From Escherichia phage vB_EcoM_PTE-Eco09: a stretch of DNA of 64,000 nt. Made by a program: the position numbers and the translations under genes. The stretch lies in the sequence record PQ306574.1. One strand, given 5' to 3'. Positions 29,573-37,663 of this stretch are shown here, piece after piece (the first letter of the stretch is position 1; each line of letters begins with the position of its first letter). Under the pieces are notes generated by a model that was not told where the DNA came from, searched no databases, and saw only the letters and a program-made list of their open reading frames with translations.

Positions 29573-29755
29573 ATGAAAAAGATTAATTGGTTAGCGAACA
29601 TAGGCGCGGTCTGCGCCTTTAACATCCTCGGATGGATAATGTTACATTTTGATGAGCGAGTTTCAAAATGTGAGGGTGTATTGATTCTCGGATCTGCTAG
29701 CATATTCATTATGCTGTATGCAATTGCTGTTGACTTAAGCCGCGATGGTTGTTAA
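29573..29755 (+). CDS. Small membrane protein (60 aa)
   Basis: TAAGGT RBS; two hydrophobic segments. Confidence 0.5.
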   Translation: MKKINWLANIGAVCAFNILGWIMLHFDERVSKCEGVLILGSASIFIMLYAIAVDLSRDGC

Positions 29756-29808
29756 TATGACGCTCAAGAATATGTTTTTTTAACTTCGTAGGTGCTTCCA
29801 TTCTTTCA

Positions 29809-29955
29809 ATGCTATATCTTGTGATTGTATGGATGGGCGACTATGAATTAACTAACGATGAAAATTTGACAGTGTTTACTGTCTTGACGATGATCATTTA
29901 CACTGTCTTTCTTGTCTTGGATTTTATTGTGTTTCTTTACAAAACGGTGACTTGA
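29809..29955 (+). CDS. Possible small hydrophobic protein (48 aa)
   Basis: ATG ORF filling the gap between neighbours; weak RBS. Confidence 0.3.
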   Translation: MLYLVIVWMGDYELTNDENLTVFTVLTMIIYTVFLVLDFIVFLYKTVT

Positions 29956-30152
29956 TGACGATTAGTAAAAATGATATTGGTTTTGTTGCGGGTATCGCTA
30001 GCGTCTTTACTGTTGTTATTTTGCTAATGCTTTTACCCGGTGTATTCTCTGACCAGATTGAATTGTATGTAGCTTTTATCTGTTGCATTTATACTTGGTT
30101 TGCAATGTTTGTGATTAGTCTAATTATGCAATTCGTCGTTAACAAATTTTAG
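29955..30152 (+). CDS. Small membrane protein (65 aa)
   Basis: ATG with ACGGTGA RBS (the track start is TTG). Confidence 0.45.
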   Translation: MTISKNDIGFVAGIASVFTVVILLMLLPGVFSDQIELYVAFICCIYTWFAMFVISLIMQFVVNKF

Positions 30153-30173
30153 ATTTAATGTGAGGATTATATT

Positions 30174-30494
30174 ATGAGCAAACTGTTTGAAACTCCGCGT
30201 GAAATTCTAATTGATAAGCTGAAAGAACGTGGTTTTAAAATCAAAGATGCAACCAAATACAGCCGAATTGATGAAATTAAGTTGCATTCTCTTGATGAAC
30301 TGGTAGAATATGTTGCGGCGGTTGCTGATCCGCAGTTTGATGTGATTGTAGGTGACGTTGAATATCTCGATAATGTATATTCATTCTTCACTTATGGTAA
30401 AATTGTGTCTGTGAAAATTTCATTCTGTGAAAATGTGGAGGTGCTTGCTAGTGAACCAGAAAAACCAACTGACAACGGTCCTTCGGCAGCGTAA
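30174..30494 (+). CDS. Hypothetical protein (106 aa)
   Basis: ATG with TGAGGATTATATT leader. Confidence 0.55.
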   Translation: MSKLFETPREILIDKLKERGFKIKDATKYSRIDEIKLHSLDELVEYVAAVADPQFDVIVGDVEYLDNVYSFFTYGKIVSVKISFCENVEVLASEPEKPTDNGPSAA

Positions 30495-30765
30495 CAAGGA
30501 AGACCGTCTGATTTATGCGCTGGCGGTTATCCTTGAAAAAGAATTACCGGATCTTGAGGTAGTTTTTACTGACCGACCAGTAGGCCAACGTTACGGCGGA
30601 TATGATAGCCTAGTTTATCCATCATATAGCCTTGAAATGTGGGTAGAAGATTTTAAAAACTTGGCCGATACATCTAAACCGCTTTATTTGTGGGATGTTG
30701 AGTATAATTGCGATCCTAACTGGCCTGGCATTAATGTTTATGCGTCTATGACTTTAAAGGTGTGA
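30451..30765 (+). CDS. Hypothetical protein (about 104 aa)
   Basis: GTG start with GGAGGTG RBS; overlaps the upstream ORF by 44 nt; start uncertain. Confidence 0.4.
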   Translation: MNQKNQLTTVLRQRNKEDRLIYALAVILEKELPDLEVVFTDRPVGQRYGGYDSLVYPSYSLEMWVEDFKNLADTSKPLYLWDVEYNCDPNWPGINVYASMTLKV

Positions 30766-30767
30766 TA

Positions 30768-30926
30768 ATGGTTGAACAAATGTTAACTTCAATGGTAATG
30801 GCTTTCTGTATGGTTGTTGTTATGATTGCAATGATCCCTAAAGAGAGAATGAATCTTCTTGTAGCTGTCTGTATGGGCGTTGTTTGTGGATGGTTTGGGA
30901 TCGCGCTAGAAGAAGCTCTGCGTTGA
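30768..30926 (+). CDS. Small membrane protein (52 aa)
   Basis: ATG with AAAGGTG RBS; MVEQMLTSMVMAFCMVVVMIAMIP..; not in the ORF track. Confidence 0.45.
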   Translation: MVEQMLTSMVMAFCMVVVMIAMIPKERMNLLVAVCMGVVCGWFGIALEEALR

Positions 30927-30934
30927 TTAACAAA

Positions 30935-30970
30935 GCGGGTAGTACATTCCACTACCCGCACTAATTTATC
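30935..30970 (+). terminator. Hairpin (possible terminator or RNA stability element)
   Basis: GCGGGTAGT-ACATTCC-ACTACCCGC 9-bp stem; weak U-run. Confidence 0.35.
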
Positions 30971-30987
30971 TCGCTGGAGGGCTTTCT

Positions 30988-31176
30988 ATGGCGTTTTGTC
31001 TATGGTTGCTTATAGTATGCTTTGTAATGGGTTTATGCTTCTATACTGGCGTATTCTGTTTTGTCGCCTGGATAGACGGCGGTTTCTCTAATATCATTTT
31101 GCTTGCCGGATCAATTGCCTCGTTTCTGTTGATATGGCTTTTTTCTTATTTGTTTGGTGAATGGGATTTATTATGA
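30988..31176 (+). CDS. Small membrane protein (62 aa)
   Basis: TGGAGGG RBS; hydrophobic. Confidence 0.5.
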   Translation: MAFCLWLLIVCFVMGLCFYTGVFCFVAWIDGGFSNIILLAGSIASFLLIWLFSYLFGEWDLL

Positions 31177-31352
31177 ACAAATATATGTTTTGGGCGACCC
31201 TTGCCTATGTTGTGATTGCGGTAGTATGGGGATTCTGTGTTATTGTCGCTTCTCTGATCTGGTGGGAATCACTTGGCGCGGGTTGTCTTATTAGCGGCGC
31301 ATCATGTCTTATCACTGGCGTGATTGTTGGTTTTCTTGTGTCGGAGGATTGA
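31173..31352 (+). CDS. Small membrane protein (59 aa)
   Basis: ATGA overlap with the upstream ORF; hydrophobic. Confidence 0.45.
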   Translation: MNKYMFWATLAYVVIAVVWGFCVIVASLIWWESLGAGCLISGASCLITGVIVGFLVSED

Positions 31353-31354
31353 CA

Positions 31355-31570
31355 ATGGTTTTCTTCGGTCTTATTATAATGGTGCTTAATGTCATTTGTG
31401 GCGTTGCTATGTTAGCTATGGCCTTTACTGTTCCTATGTCTGTTGACAGCGCCGCGTCAGTAGGTGTGTTGGGAATTGTAAACCTGTTTACTGCCATAGC
31501 ATGTTGGATCACCGGACGCGATGAGGTAATGTATTACTTTTATAAACGTAAACAGAGAAAAGGAAAATAA
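31355..31570 (+). CDS. Small membrane protein (71 aa)
   Basis: ATG with GGAGGA RBS; hydrophobic. Confidence 0.5.
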   Translation: MVFFGLIIMVLNVICGVAMLAMAFTVPMSVDSAASVGVLGIVNLFTAIACWITGRDEVMYYFYKRKQRKGK

Positions 31571-31571
31571 T

Positions 31572-31763
31572 ATGAAATTTGCATTTGGTTTTACCGTGAT
31601 GTTGATTATTGCTCTGAGTATGTGTACCGGAATGCTTGTCTTTGGCTTAACAAACGGATTTAGCATTTATAATAATCCGTGGGTTGATTGTGGAATGGTT
31701 GTCGTTAATGCTATCCTTATTGGTGCTAATACAAGAACTCTATGCAGGATCGCCGGAATCTAA
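31572..31763 (+). CDS. Small membrane protein (63 aa)
   Basis: ATG; hydrophobic; directly upstream of the endolysin. Confidence 0.5.
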   Translation: MKFAFGFTVMLIIALSMCTGMLVFGLTNGFSIYNNPWVDCGMVVVNAILIGANTRTLCRIAGI

Positions 31764-31791
31764 ATATTATCACTCACAAAGGGGGTGAATA

Positions 31792-32181
31792 ATGTTTAAA
31801 TTATCTCAAAGAAGCAAAGATCGGCTTGTTGGTGTACATCCAGACCTGGTAAAAGTCGTTCATCGTGCGTTAGAACTGACTCCGGTCGATTTTGGTATTA
31901 CGGAAGGTGTGCGTAGTCTAGAAACGCAAAAGAAATATGTTGCGGAAGGTAAATCTAAGACTATGAAATCTCGTCATCTTCACGGTTTCGCGGTTGATGT
32001 TGTAGCGTATCCGAAAGATAAAGATACATGGAACATGAAATATTACCGCATGATCGCTGATGCGTTTAAACAAGCTGGTCGAGAATTGGGTGTTCCTGTT
32101 ATCTGCGGTGTTGATTGGGTTACTTTTAAAGACGGACCGCATATGGAACTCGATAAAAAGGTATATCCAGACCCGGTATAA
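31792..32181 (+). CDS. Endolysin, L-alanyl-D-glutamate peptidase (M15 family, T5 Lys-like)
   Basis: RALELTPVDFGITEGVRS, SRHLHGFAVD, AFKQAGRELGV, GPHMELD resemble T5 endolysin as recalled; H-x6-D and H zinc ligands. Confidence 0.8.
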   Translation: MFKLSQRSKDRLVGVHPDLVKVVHRALELTPVDFGITEGVRSLETQKKYVAEGKSKTMKSRHLHGFAVDVVAYPKDKDTWNMKYYRMIADAFKQAGRELGVPVICGVDWVTFKDGPHMELDKKVYPDPV

Positions 32182-32190
32182 CTAAAATAA

Positions 32191-32213
32191 AGCCAGCTTA
32201 GTCTCTGGCTTTG
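32191..32213 (+). terminator. Hairpin after the endolysin (weak terminator)
   Basis: AGCCAG-CTTAGTCT-CTGGCT stem; short U-run. Confidence 0.35.
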
Positions 32214-32226
32214 TGAGGATTATAAA

Positions 32227-32802
32227 ATGGCTTTTAAATATTGGGATGAATCCCTACAAAACGAGATAAAACTTAGATATGCTCATATAGAGGGTATCTT
32301 ATATTATAGAGTCGATAGTAAAGCTATCAAAGGACGACCATTAGGGAGTAGATATAAACACGGCGATTTAGTTAAAGTCAGAACAAATAAAGATGGTCAT
32401 CTTAGATTTTGGCATAGTAGAGATGACGGTCTTCCTAGAGTTCATCTATTCGTGCATAGGGTTGTTTGGTTTCTAGAACATGGGACGCAAGTTAGATTAA
32501 TTGATCATATTGACGGTAATCCTGCGAATAACAATCCTCCAAATCTTAGGGAGGCAACCGACGCGCAAAATCAACATAATAGAAAGAAGAAGTCTAAAAA
32601 GTTTTCTAGTGTGTATAAGGGTGTTAGTAAGTGTAACAGGAAGGATTTGCGTAAGAAATGGAGAGCTAGTATAATGGTCAACCTACAAAGACATGTTCTT
32701 GGACAATATGACACAGAAATCGAAGCTGCAATCGCTTATGATAATGCAGCTAGGAAATTTTATGGAGAATATGCTCTATTGAATTTCCCAGATCCAAAAT
32801 GA
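32227..32802 (+). CDS. HNH homing endonuclease with AP2 DNA-binding domain
   Basis: HIDGNPANNNPPNLREATDAQNQHN HNH motif plus AP2-like YKGVS..WRASI..YDTEIEAAIAYDNAARKFYGE. Confidence 0.75.
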   Translation: MAFKYWDESLQNEIKLRYAHIEGILYYRVDSKAIKGRPLGSRYKHGDLVKVRTNKDGHLRFWHSRDDGLPRVHLFVHRVVWFLEHGTQVRLIDHIDGNPANNNPPNLREATDAQNQHNRKKKSKKFSSVYKGVSKCNRKDLRKKWRASIMVNLQRHVLGQYDTEIEAAIAYDNAARKFYGEYALLNFPDPK

Positions 32803-32864
32803 AATATTAACCATCAACGGGGAGACAATCTAAGGATCTCTCCCCGTTCACTGGAGACTTGACA

Positions 32865-33350
32865 ATGAATATTGATGTAAAATTAGAAAGTAAAGATTTG
32901 ATTTATGCTGCGTGTGTTTCTGCCGTAGATGGCATCATAGAACGCCGTAAGCGACGCAATTTTGCTGATGACCTAGATTCCATTGTCTCAATCAATTTAG
33001 GCCGTCAGACAGGGCATACAGACGCTACAATCAAGTTATATGACCATTATACGAGAAAAGGCTATAGTGTCTTTATCGTTTCAACGACGCGGGAACATGC
33101 CAAAACGATCCGAGATCGCGGTCGCGGTGAAAATGTAAATATTTCAAATGTAGATTGTACGTCGATCCGAACTTTCCTGAATCCGATCACATGGCGAGGT
33201 CGTAGTCTTGACAAAACAATTTTTATCCTAGATACTACCATGCGCGGATTTACTGACAGCGTATTGCAGTTTTTAGAATTGAATCGACTTAGTGTTGGGA
33301 TGGGTAATGTAGAAGACCAACCTATTTTCATTGGCTTAGGTATCAACTAA
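32865..33350 (+). CDS. Hypothetical protein (161 aa)
   Basis: ATG with CTGGAGA RBS (the track start is TTG). Confidence 0.5.
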   Translation: MNIDVKLESKDLIYAACVSAVDGIIERRKRRNFADDLDSIVSINLGRQTGHTDATIKLYDHYTRKGYSVFIVSTTREHAKTIRDRGRGENVNISNVDCTSIRTFLNPITWRGRSLDKTIFILDTTMRGFTDSVLQFLELNRLSVGMGNVEDQPIFIGLGIN

Positions 33351-33475
33351 TGAAAAATAAAGATAGCGTAGCTCGTCGATTTCGTGCTACAATTAAAAAG
33401 AATCGTAAAGTCCAACCTGATAAACTCTATGGTGTTTTGGTTGGTAAAATTAATGACGAACGTCCTGATCTATAA
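33350..33475 (+). CDS. Possible small basic protein (41 aa)
   Basis: ATG overlapping the upstream stop; MKNKDSVARRFRATIKKNRK..; speculative. Confidence 0.25.
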   Translation: MKNKDSVARRFRATIKKNRKVQPDKLYGVLVGKINDERPDL

Positions 33476-33485
33476 GAGGTGATTT

Positions 33486-33902
33486 ATGGAATTTAAAGCA
33501 ATTCAAATCATGAAAGGTGAGCATAAAGGTACTATTATCGGTGGACATTTCGCGCCTATGATTCTGGTATCCGAACCGAAAGCCCTGATCGGCGCTAAAG
33601 TAATTGTTAGTAAAACTTTCGCAGAAGACCATGTGATCACCGCAGAAGACGTCGATTCGCTGGCACTGCACACAACTAGCTTCCGTCCGGTGATTGTAGA
33701 TAATGGTGCTCCGGTTGTCGAAGGTGGTCAGCATTTGAATGTTAACGTATTGTTACGAGAAATGTTGCTGGACGCTGTTGAACATCCTGAGAAGTACCCG
33801 CAGCTTACAATTCGCGTTTCTGGTTACGCAGTGCGCTTCAATAGTCTGACTCCAGACCAGCAGCGTGACGTTATCGCTCGTACCTTTACCGAATCTCTCT
33901 AA
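33486..33902 (+). CDS. grcA: Autonomous glycyl radical cofactor (GrcA/YfiD-like)
   Basis: C-terminal [49 protein letters not shown] is near-identical to E. coli GrcA as recalled. Confidence 0.85.
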   Translation: MEFKAIQIMKGEHKGTIIGGHFAPMILVSEPKALIGAKVIVSKTFAEDHVITAEDVDSLALHTTSFRPVIVDNGAPVVEGGQHLNVNVLLREMLLDAVEHPEKYPQLTIRVSGYAVRFNSLTPDQQRDVIARTFTESL

Positions 33903-33912
33903 TTTTTCATCA

Positions 33913-33946
33913 AGCCAATCCGAAAAGGGTTGGCTTTTTCTTTTTA
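33913..33946 (+). terminator. Rho-independent terminator
   Basis: AGCCAATCCGAAAAGGGTTGGCT hairpin followed by TTTTTCTTTTT. Confidence 0.65.
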
Positions 33947-33988
33947 TGATGTTATGATGTAATCTCTTAATCAATTGAGGGTTTAATT

Positions 33989-34687
33989 ATGCATACAATG
34001 GTTAAAATGGTCTTCGGATCTCACTTATACGGCCTTGATACTGAAAACTCCGATAAAGATTATCGTGGTATCTTTGTTCCGACTGCGAAAGAAATTATCT
34101 TAGGATCGATGAAAGAACACTATGATCAAAGCACTAGCGGTCAAGGGATCAAGAACACCAAAGACGACATTGACGTTAATATGTTCAGTCTAAAACGGTT
34201 TATCAATCTGGCATGTAAAGGCGATATCGGCGCTATTGACATGGTGCACGCTCCTAGTAACATGTTGATTGAATCCTCCAGAGAATGGGAATACATCCGA
34301 ACACATCGCGATAAATTCTATCATGTTGGGATGTGTGGTTTGTCTGGTTATCTCAAAAAGCAGGTAGCAAAATCTGAAAAGTATTTCAGTAACTGGAAAG
34401 ATCTTTCTCATGCTCTGCGTGTTGGTTATCAGCTACTTGAAATCTATCAGACAGGTGATTTACAATTCCCGCTCGCGCGACGTTCTTCTATTTTAGCGTG
34501 TAAGTTAGGAGAAAGAACCTTTGATAATGTGCGGGAAGAATTGAAAGATCTCTACGAGCGTGTTAAACTCGCTCGTGAAGAGGCAAAGAAAAACGGTATG
34601 CCGGAAGAACCAGATGTTGACTTTTGGAAAGATCTATTAGAATATATTCATCTGACAGTTGTTCTGGAACACTATACCCGTGGTTAG
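33989..34687 (+). CDS. Pol-beta-superfamily nucleotidyltransferase-like protein
   Basis: N-terminal GSHLYGLDTENSDKDYRGIF matches the GS-x(9-11)-DxD nucleotidyltransferase signature; helical C-terminal half. Confidence 0.55.
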   Translation: MHTMVKMVFGSHLYGLDTENSDKDYRGIFVPTAKEIILGSMKEHYDQSTSGQGIKNTKDDIDVNMFSLKRFINLACKGDIGAIDMVHAPSNMLIESSREWEYIRTHRDKFYHVGMCGLSGYLKKQVAKSEKYFSNWKDLSHALRVGYQLLEIYQTGDLQFPLARRSSILACKLGERTFDNVREELKDLYERVKLAREEAKKNGMPEEPDVDFWKDLLEYIHLTVVLEHYTRG

Positions 34688-34708
34688 TTAATATAGGAGA
34701 TTAAGAAA

Positions 34709-34903
34709 ATGAAAGTTTATACCAATAGTAATAAAGGACAAGATATTACGCCCGGAAAGATGTATGATTTTACCCCGACACGAGACGACGAAAATCCACC
34801 GACAATCGGTTACATCAAAGATGATATAGGTTATCGTATTACGATCCTTCTTGATGGTGGATGTTCTCATCTTCGCGGTGATCGTTGGGAGTTAGTACCA
34901 TGA
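34709..34903 (+). CDS. Small paralog family member A (64 aa)
   Basis: TAGGAGA RBS; motif IGYIKDDIGYRITILLDGGCSHLRGDRWEL shared with the next two ORFs. Confidence 0.5.
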   Translation: MKVYTNSNKGQDITPGKMYDFTPTRDDENPPTIGYIKDDIGYRITILLDGGCSHLRGDRWELVP

Positions 34904-35145
34904 TGTATGTGATGACACCTTATAGTAACCGCAGGTATATTACACCAAATACACTGTATGAATATACACCACATGAAAGATTTGCGAATAGTGGTTATAT
35001 CCGTGATGATAAGGGACACCAGATTTTTATTTGTCTTAAAAATTGTGCACACTTAGACGGTCGAACATGGACACTAATCGAAGAACCAAAACAACCTGAG
35101 AATAAAGGTCTTTGGAACGCAATTAAAAAAATCTTGAAAAAGTAG
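34900..35145 (+). CDS. Small paralog family member B (81 aa)
   Basis: ATGA overlap; GYIRDDKGHQIFICLKNCAHLDGRTWTL. Confidence 0.5.
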   Translation: MMYVMTPYSNRRYITPNTLYEYTPHERFANSGYIRDDKGHQIFICLKNCAHLDGRTWTLIEEPKQPENKGLWNAIKKILKK

Positions 35146-35173
35146 TTGACACAACAAAACGGGGGTAGTAATA
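35146..35173 (+). promoter_or_regulatory. Early promoter module with stem-loop over the -10 box
   Basis: TTGACA-N16-TAATAT; inverted repeat GGGGGTA/TACCCCC (35161-35180). Confidence 0.55.
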
Positions 35174-35202
35174 TACCCCCATCGAAACAAAGGAGTATTA
35201 AA

Positions 35203-35538
35203 ATGAGTATTAAAGAAGTGTTTGTTTATACCGACTATGACGGGTGCGCCTATCTCACTGCTGGAAAACTTTACCGTTGTGAGATTATTCATGGTACGCT
35301 AGGTCGAATTATGTGCGATCCTATTACAAAATTGTGGAAAAATAATCCTAGTGAGCGAGAAACTCTTATTAACCTAGATCCAGACGGTTGTTCACATTTG
35401 GACTATAGAAAATGGCATATCGTGACACATGATGCTTATGGTATTCATCTTGCTACTAAAGAATTAACTATAGAGAAATTCAAGTTTAAAGAAATCCCGT
35501 TTGTATACTGGCTTCGCAATTTGTTTAAGAAAGGATAA
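35203..35538 (+). CDS. Small paralog family member C (111 aa)
   Basis: ATG after the promoter and AAGGAG RBS; DPDGCSHLDYRKWHIV motif. Confidence 0.5.
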   Translation: MSIKEVFVYTDYDGCAYLTAGKLYRCEIIHGTLGRIMCDPITKLWKNNPSERETLINLDPDGCSHLDYRKWHIVTHDAYGIHLATKELTIEKFKFKEIPFVYWLRNLFKKG

Positions 35539-35542
35539 TAAA

Positions 35543-35965
35543 ATGGAAACAATTAACGTACATGTTCGCCGTAGTAAGCTGCGTAGATTCTTCGAAACCG
35601 AAATGCGCAAAACCAATGCGCAGATCAAAGAAAAGTGCTTGAATGATGGTTATGGTGAGTATATTTTCATTCGCTTTAGTCCGCATATGATCGACCGTCT
35701 AACCGATCGTCATATCGATGAACATAAGACAATGGAACTATTCAATAAGATAGAAACTCGTTTGCCGGAGATCTTCGACTTCCTGAAAATGGAAGACCGA
35801 CCTAATCGATTAGAAATTACTGACGGTAACATGTGGATCGGGATGACAGTAGACCTAATTGAAGACGGTAAGCCATATCACGGTCTATGCTGCCGAATGA
35901 TTATAGAGAATCCAAAACGACTGGCGGGTAAAATGTCGGCTGTTGTTTTGAAAGTTGACCAATAA
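35543..35965 (+). CDS. Hypothetical protein (140 aa)
   Basis: ATG with AGAAAGGA RBS. Confidence 0.5.
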   Translation: METINVHVRRSKLRRFFETEMRKTNAQIKEKCLNDGYGEYIFIRFSPHMIDRLTDRHIDEHKTMELFNKIETRLPEIFDFLKMEDRPNRLEITDGNMWIGMTVDLIEDGKPYHGLCCRMIIENPKRLAGKMSAVVLKVDQ

Positions 35966-36050
35966 TGGAGATTGGTTAAAATAATGCTTGACTTTCTGGT
36001 GATATGGCTATATTATGGAATCAGAAAGTTAAGCCAAACAGGAGAAATTA

Positions 36051-36641
36051 ATGTTAAAAGTTCTAAAAGCGATAGTATTGAGTCTGTCACTAGCCGTTGG
36101 TGCTACACACGCATCGACTAGCGCACCGATCAAAAAAGCGCCGATAGACAACTTTACAGCACACCAACTAGATAATTTACATTTCGCCTATCAATACGGC
36201 GAACAATTCGAGAAAAGCGGTAAGTTGAAAAAGGACCATCCGAATATTCGCTATAACGGAAAGGGTTTAGGTCACATCCTGGCGGGTATCGCATGGCAAG
36301 AATCAAGCGCGGGTGCAAACTTAGCACCAAAGAAAAATCATCATGCTTATGGATTATTTCAAAATTACCTTAAAACGGTGAAAGCGAAAAATGCAAAGCG
36401 CGGTGTTAAAATGAGTGATCGCCAGACTATCAACTTTATCATGAATCGCGAGGTTTCTGCATTCTACGCGATGGATGAGTTAGCATACTGGCTGGATGTT
36501 CGAAACGGTAATATCCGACTCGCGCTAGCTTCTTACAATGCTGGATGGAACTATAAAGCCGGATTAGGTTATGCTGATGACGTACTAAAAAAGGCTAACC
36601 ATCTAAAGAGTAAAGGCATTCTTAAGACTAAACGCTATTGA
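36051..36641 (+). CDS. Secreted lytic transglycosylase (SLT domain) with signal peptide
   Basis: N-terminal signal peptide (MLKVLKAIVLSLSLAVGATHA); SLT motifs GIAWQESS, YGLFQ, YNAG. Confidence 0.65.
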   Translation: MLKVLKAIVLSLSLAVGATHASTSAPIKKAPIDNFTAHQLDNLHFAYQYGEQFEKSGKLKKDHPNIRYNGKGLGHILAGIAWQESSAGANLAPKKNHHAYGLFQNYLKTVKAKNAKRGVKMSDRQTINFIMNREVSAFYAMDELAYWLDVRNGNIRLALASYNAGWNYKAGLGYADDVLKKANHLKSKGILKTKRY

Positions 36642-36648
36642 GGAATAT

Positions 36649-37008
36649 ATGAAAAAGTTGACAATAGTTGCTATGATTGCTATGATGTTCTCGGCTGGTG
36701 CGCTTGCTAGTAATGAGCGCCCTTATCCAAAGTTCGAATACAAAGGATTTGAGATCAACAAAAAGATCATTAAAACCTTCTGTGATGATGATAACATGTG
36801 TAGCGATTTTATCGCACTTGAACTTGACGAGGCATACAAACAAGGTCGAGACGAAAAACGAAAAAATCGAGCGTGGGATCTGAGTATTGCCAGCTTTGCT
36901 AAAACAAAACGTAACCTGTGTGATACTGCCCCTGATAAGCAATTATGCTTTGCTTATCGCGACACACTGTTAAGCCGTTTTATGGCTGGGTTGTCTTCCC
37001 GTGACTAA
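36649..37008 (+). CDS. Secreted Cys-containing protein of unknown function
   Basis: Signal peptide (MKKLTIVAMIAMMFSAGALA); four Cys; 8 nt after the SLT gene. Confidence 0.5.
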   Translation: MKKLTIVAMIAMMFSAGALASNERPYPKFEYKGFEINKKIIKTFCDDDNMCSDFIALELDEAYKQGRDEKRKNRAWDLSIASFAKTKRNLCDTAPDKQLCFAYRDTLLSRFMAGLSSRD

Positions 37009-37023
37009 TTAGAGGTTTATAAT

Positions 37024-37479
37024 ATGATTATTGATACTGTAAAGGGCGATCTCATCGCCCTGTTTAAACAAGGAAACGGTCATTTAATTCATGGTTGTAA
37101 TTGTTTTCATACTATGGGCGCTGGTATTGCTGCGGATATCGCGAAAGAGTTCCCGCAAGCGTTAGAGATTGACAAGCAAACTTCTCGCGGTAAGGTAGAA
37201 AAGTTGGGTGGGTTTAGTGTCTGGACGCATCAAGTTAATGGTTATAACTGGTGCGTGGTGAATCTCTATACCCAATTCCGACCGGGTCCAAATGCTGAAT
37301 ATGGTGCTATCCTGAAAGGATTTGAGACTCTCAATGATGTTTTTGAAGGTGCTATACAGCCTTTCTATATCCCTAAAATCGGTTGCGGTATCGGTGGCCT
37401 TGAGTGGGAATGTGTAGAAGAAATCATTAATATTGCTACTCCAGACATTAACATTGTGGTGGTGGAATATGACAAATAA
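37024..37479 (+). CDS. Macro-domain-like protein (possible ADP-ribose binding/hydrolase)
   Basis: HGCNCFHTMGAGIAADI and IPKIGCGIGGL resemble the two glycine-rich macro-domain motifs. Confidence 0.45.
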   Translation: MIIDTVKGDLIALFKQGNGHLIHGCNCFHTMGAGIAADIAKEFPQALEIDKQTSRGKVEKLGGFSVWTHQVNGYNWCVVNLYTQFRPGPNAEYGAILKGFETLNDVFEGAIQPFYIPKIGCGIGGLEWECVEEIINIATPDINIVVVEYDK

Positions 37480-37663
37480 AAATGACCTCTATTCCGGTTA
37501 TTGGGTGAAACGTCAGTCTGTGGAAAACGTAACTTGTTTTCGTTGTTTCACCGAATACAATATAAAAACCGCTCCTGTTAGTGTTCCAAAGACAGACGGG
37601 TATTATATTAAAGAACCGCATTGCCCTAAATGTAAATGTCGATTATATTGGAGTCATCTATGA
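37469..37663 (+). CDS. Small zinc-ribbon-like protein (64 aa)
   Basis: CFRC..CPKCKC cysteine pairs; GGTGGTGG RBS. Confidence 0.4.
   Translation: MTNKNDLYSGYWVKRQSVENVTCFRCFTEYNIKTAPVSVPKTDGYYIKEPHCPKCKCRLYWSHL

Noticed and set aside
30427-30450. ATG at 30433 (or GTG at 30427) as start of the ORF ending at 30765
   Set aside because: No Shine-Dalgarno sequence upstream and a 62-68 nt overlap with the preceding gene; GTG 30451, preceded by GGAGGTG, is preferred but remains uncertain
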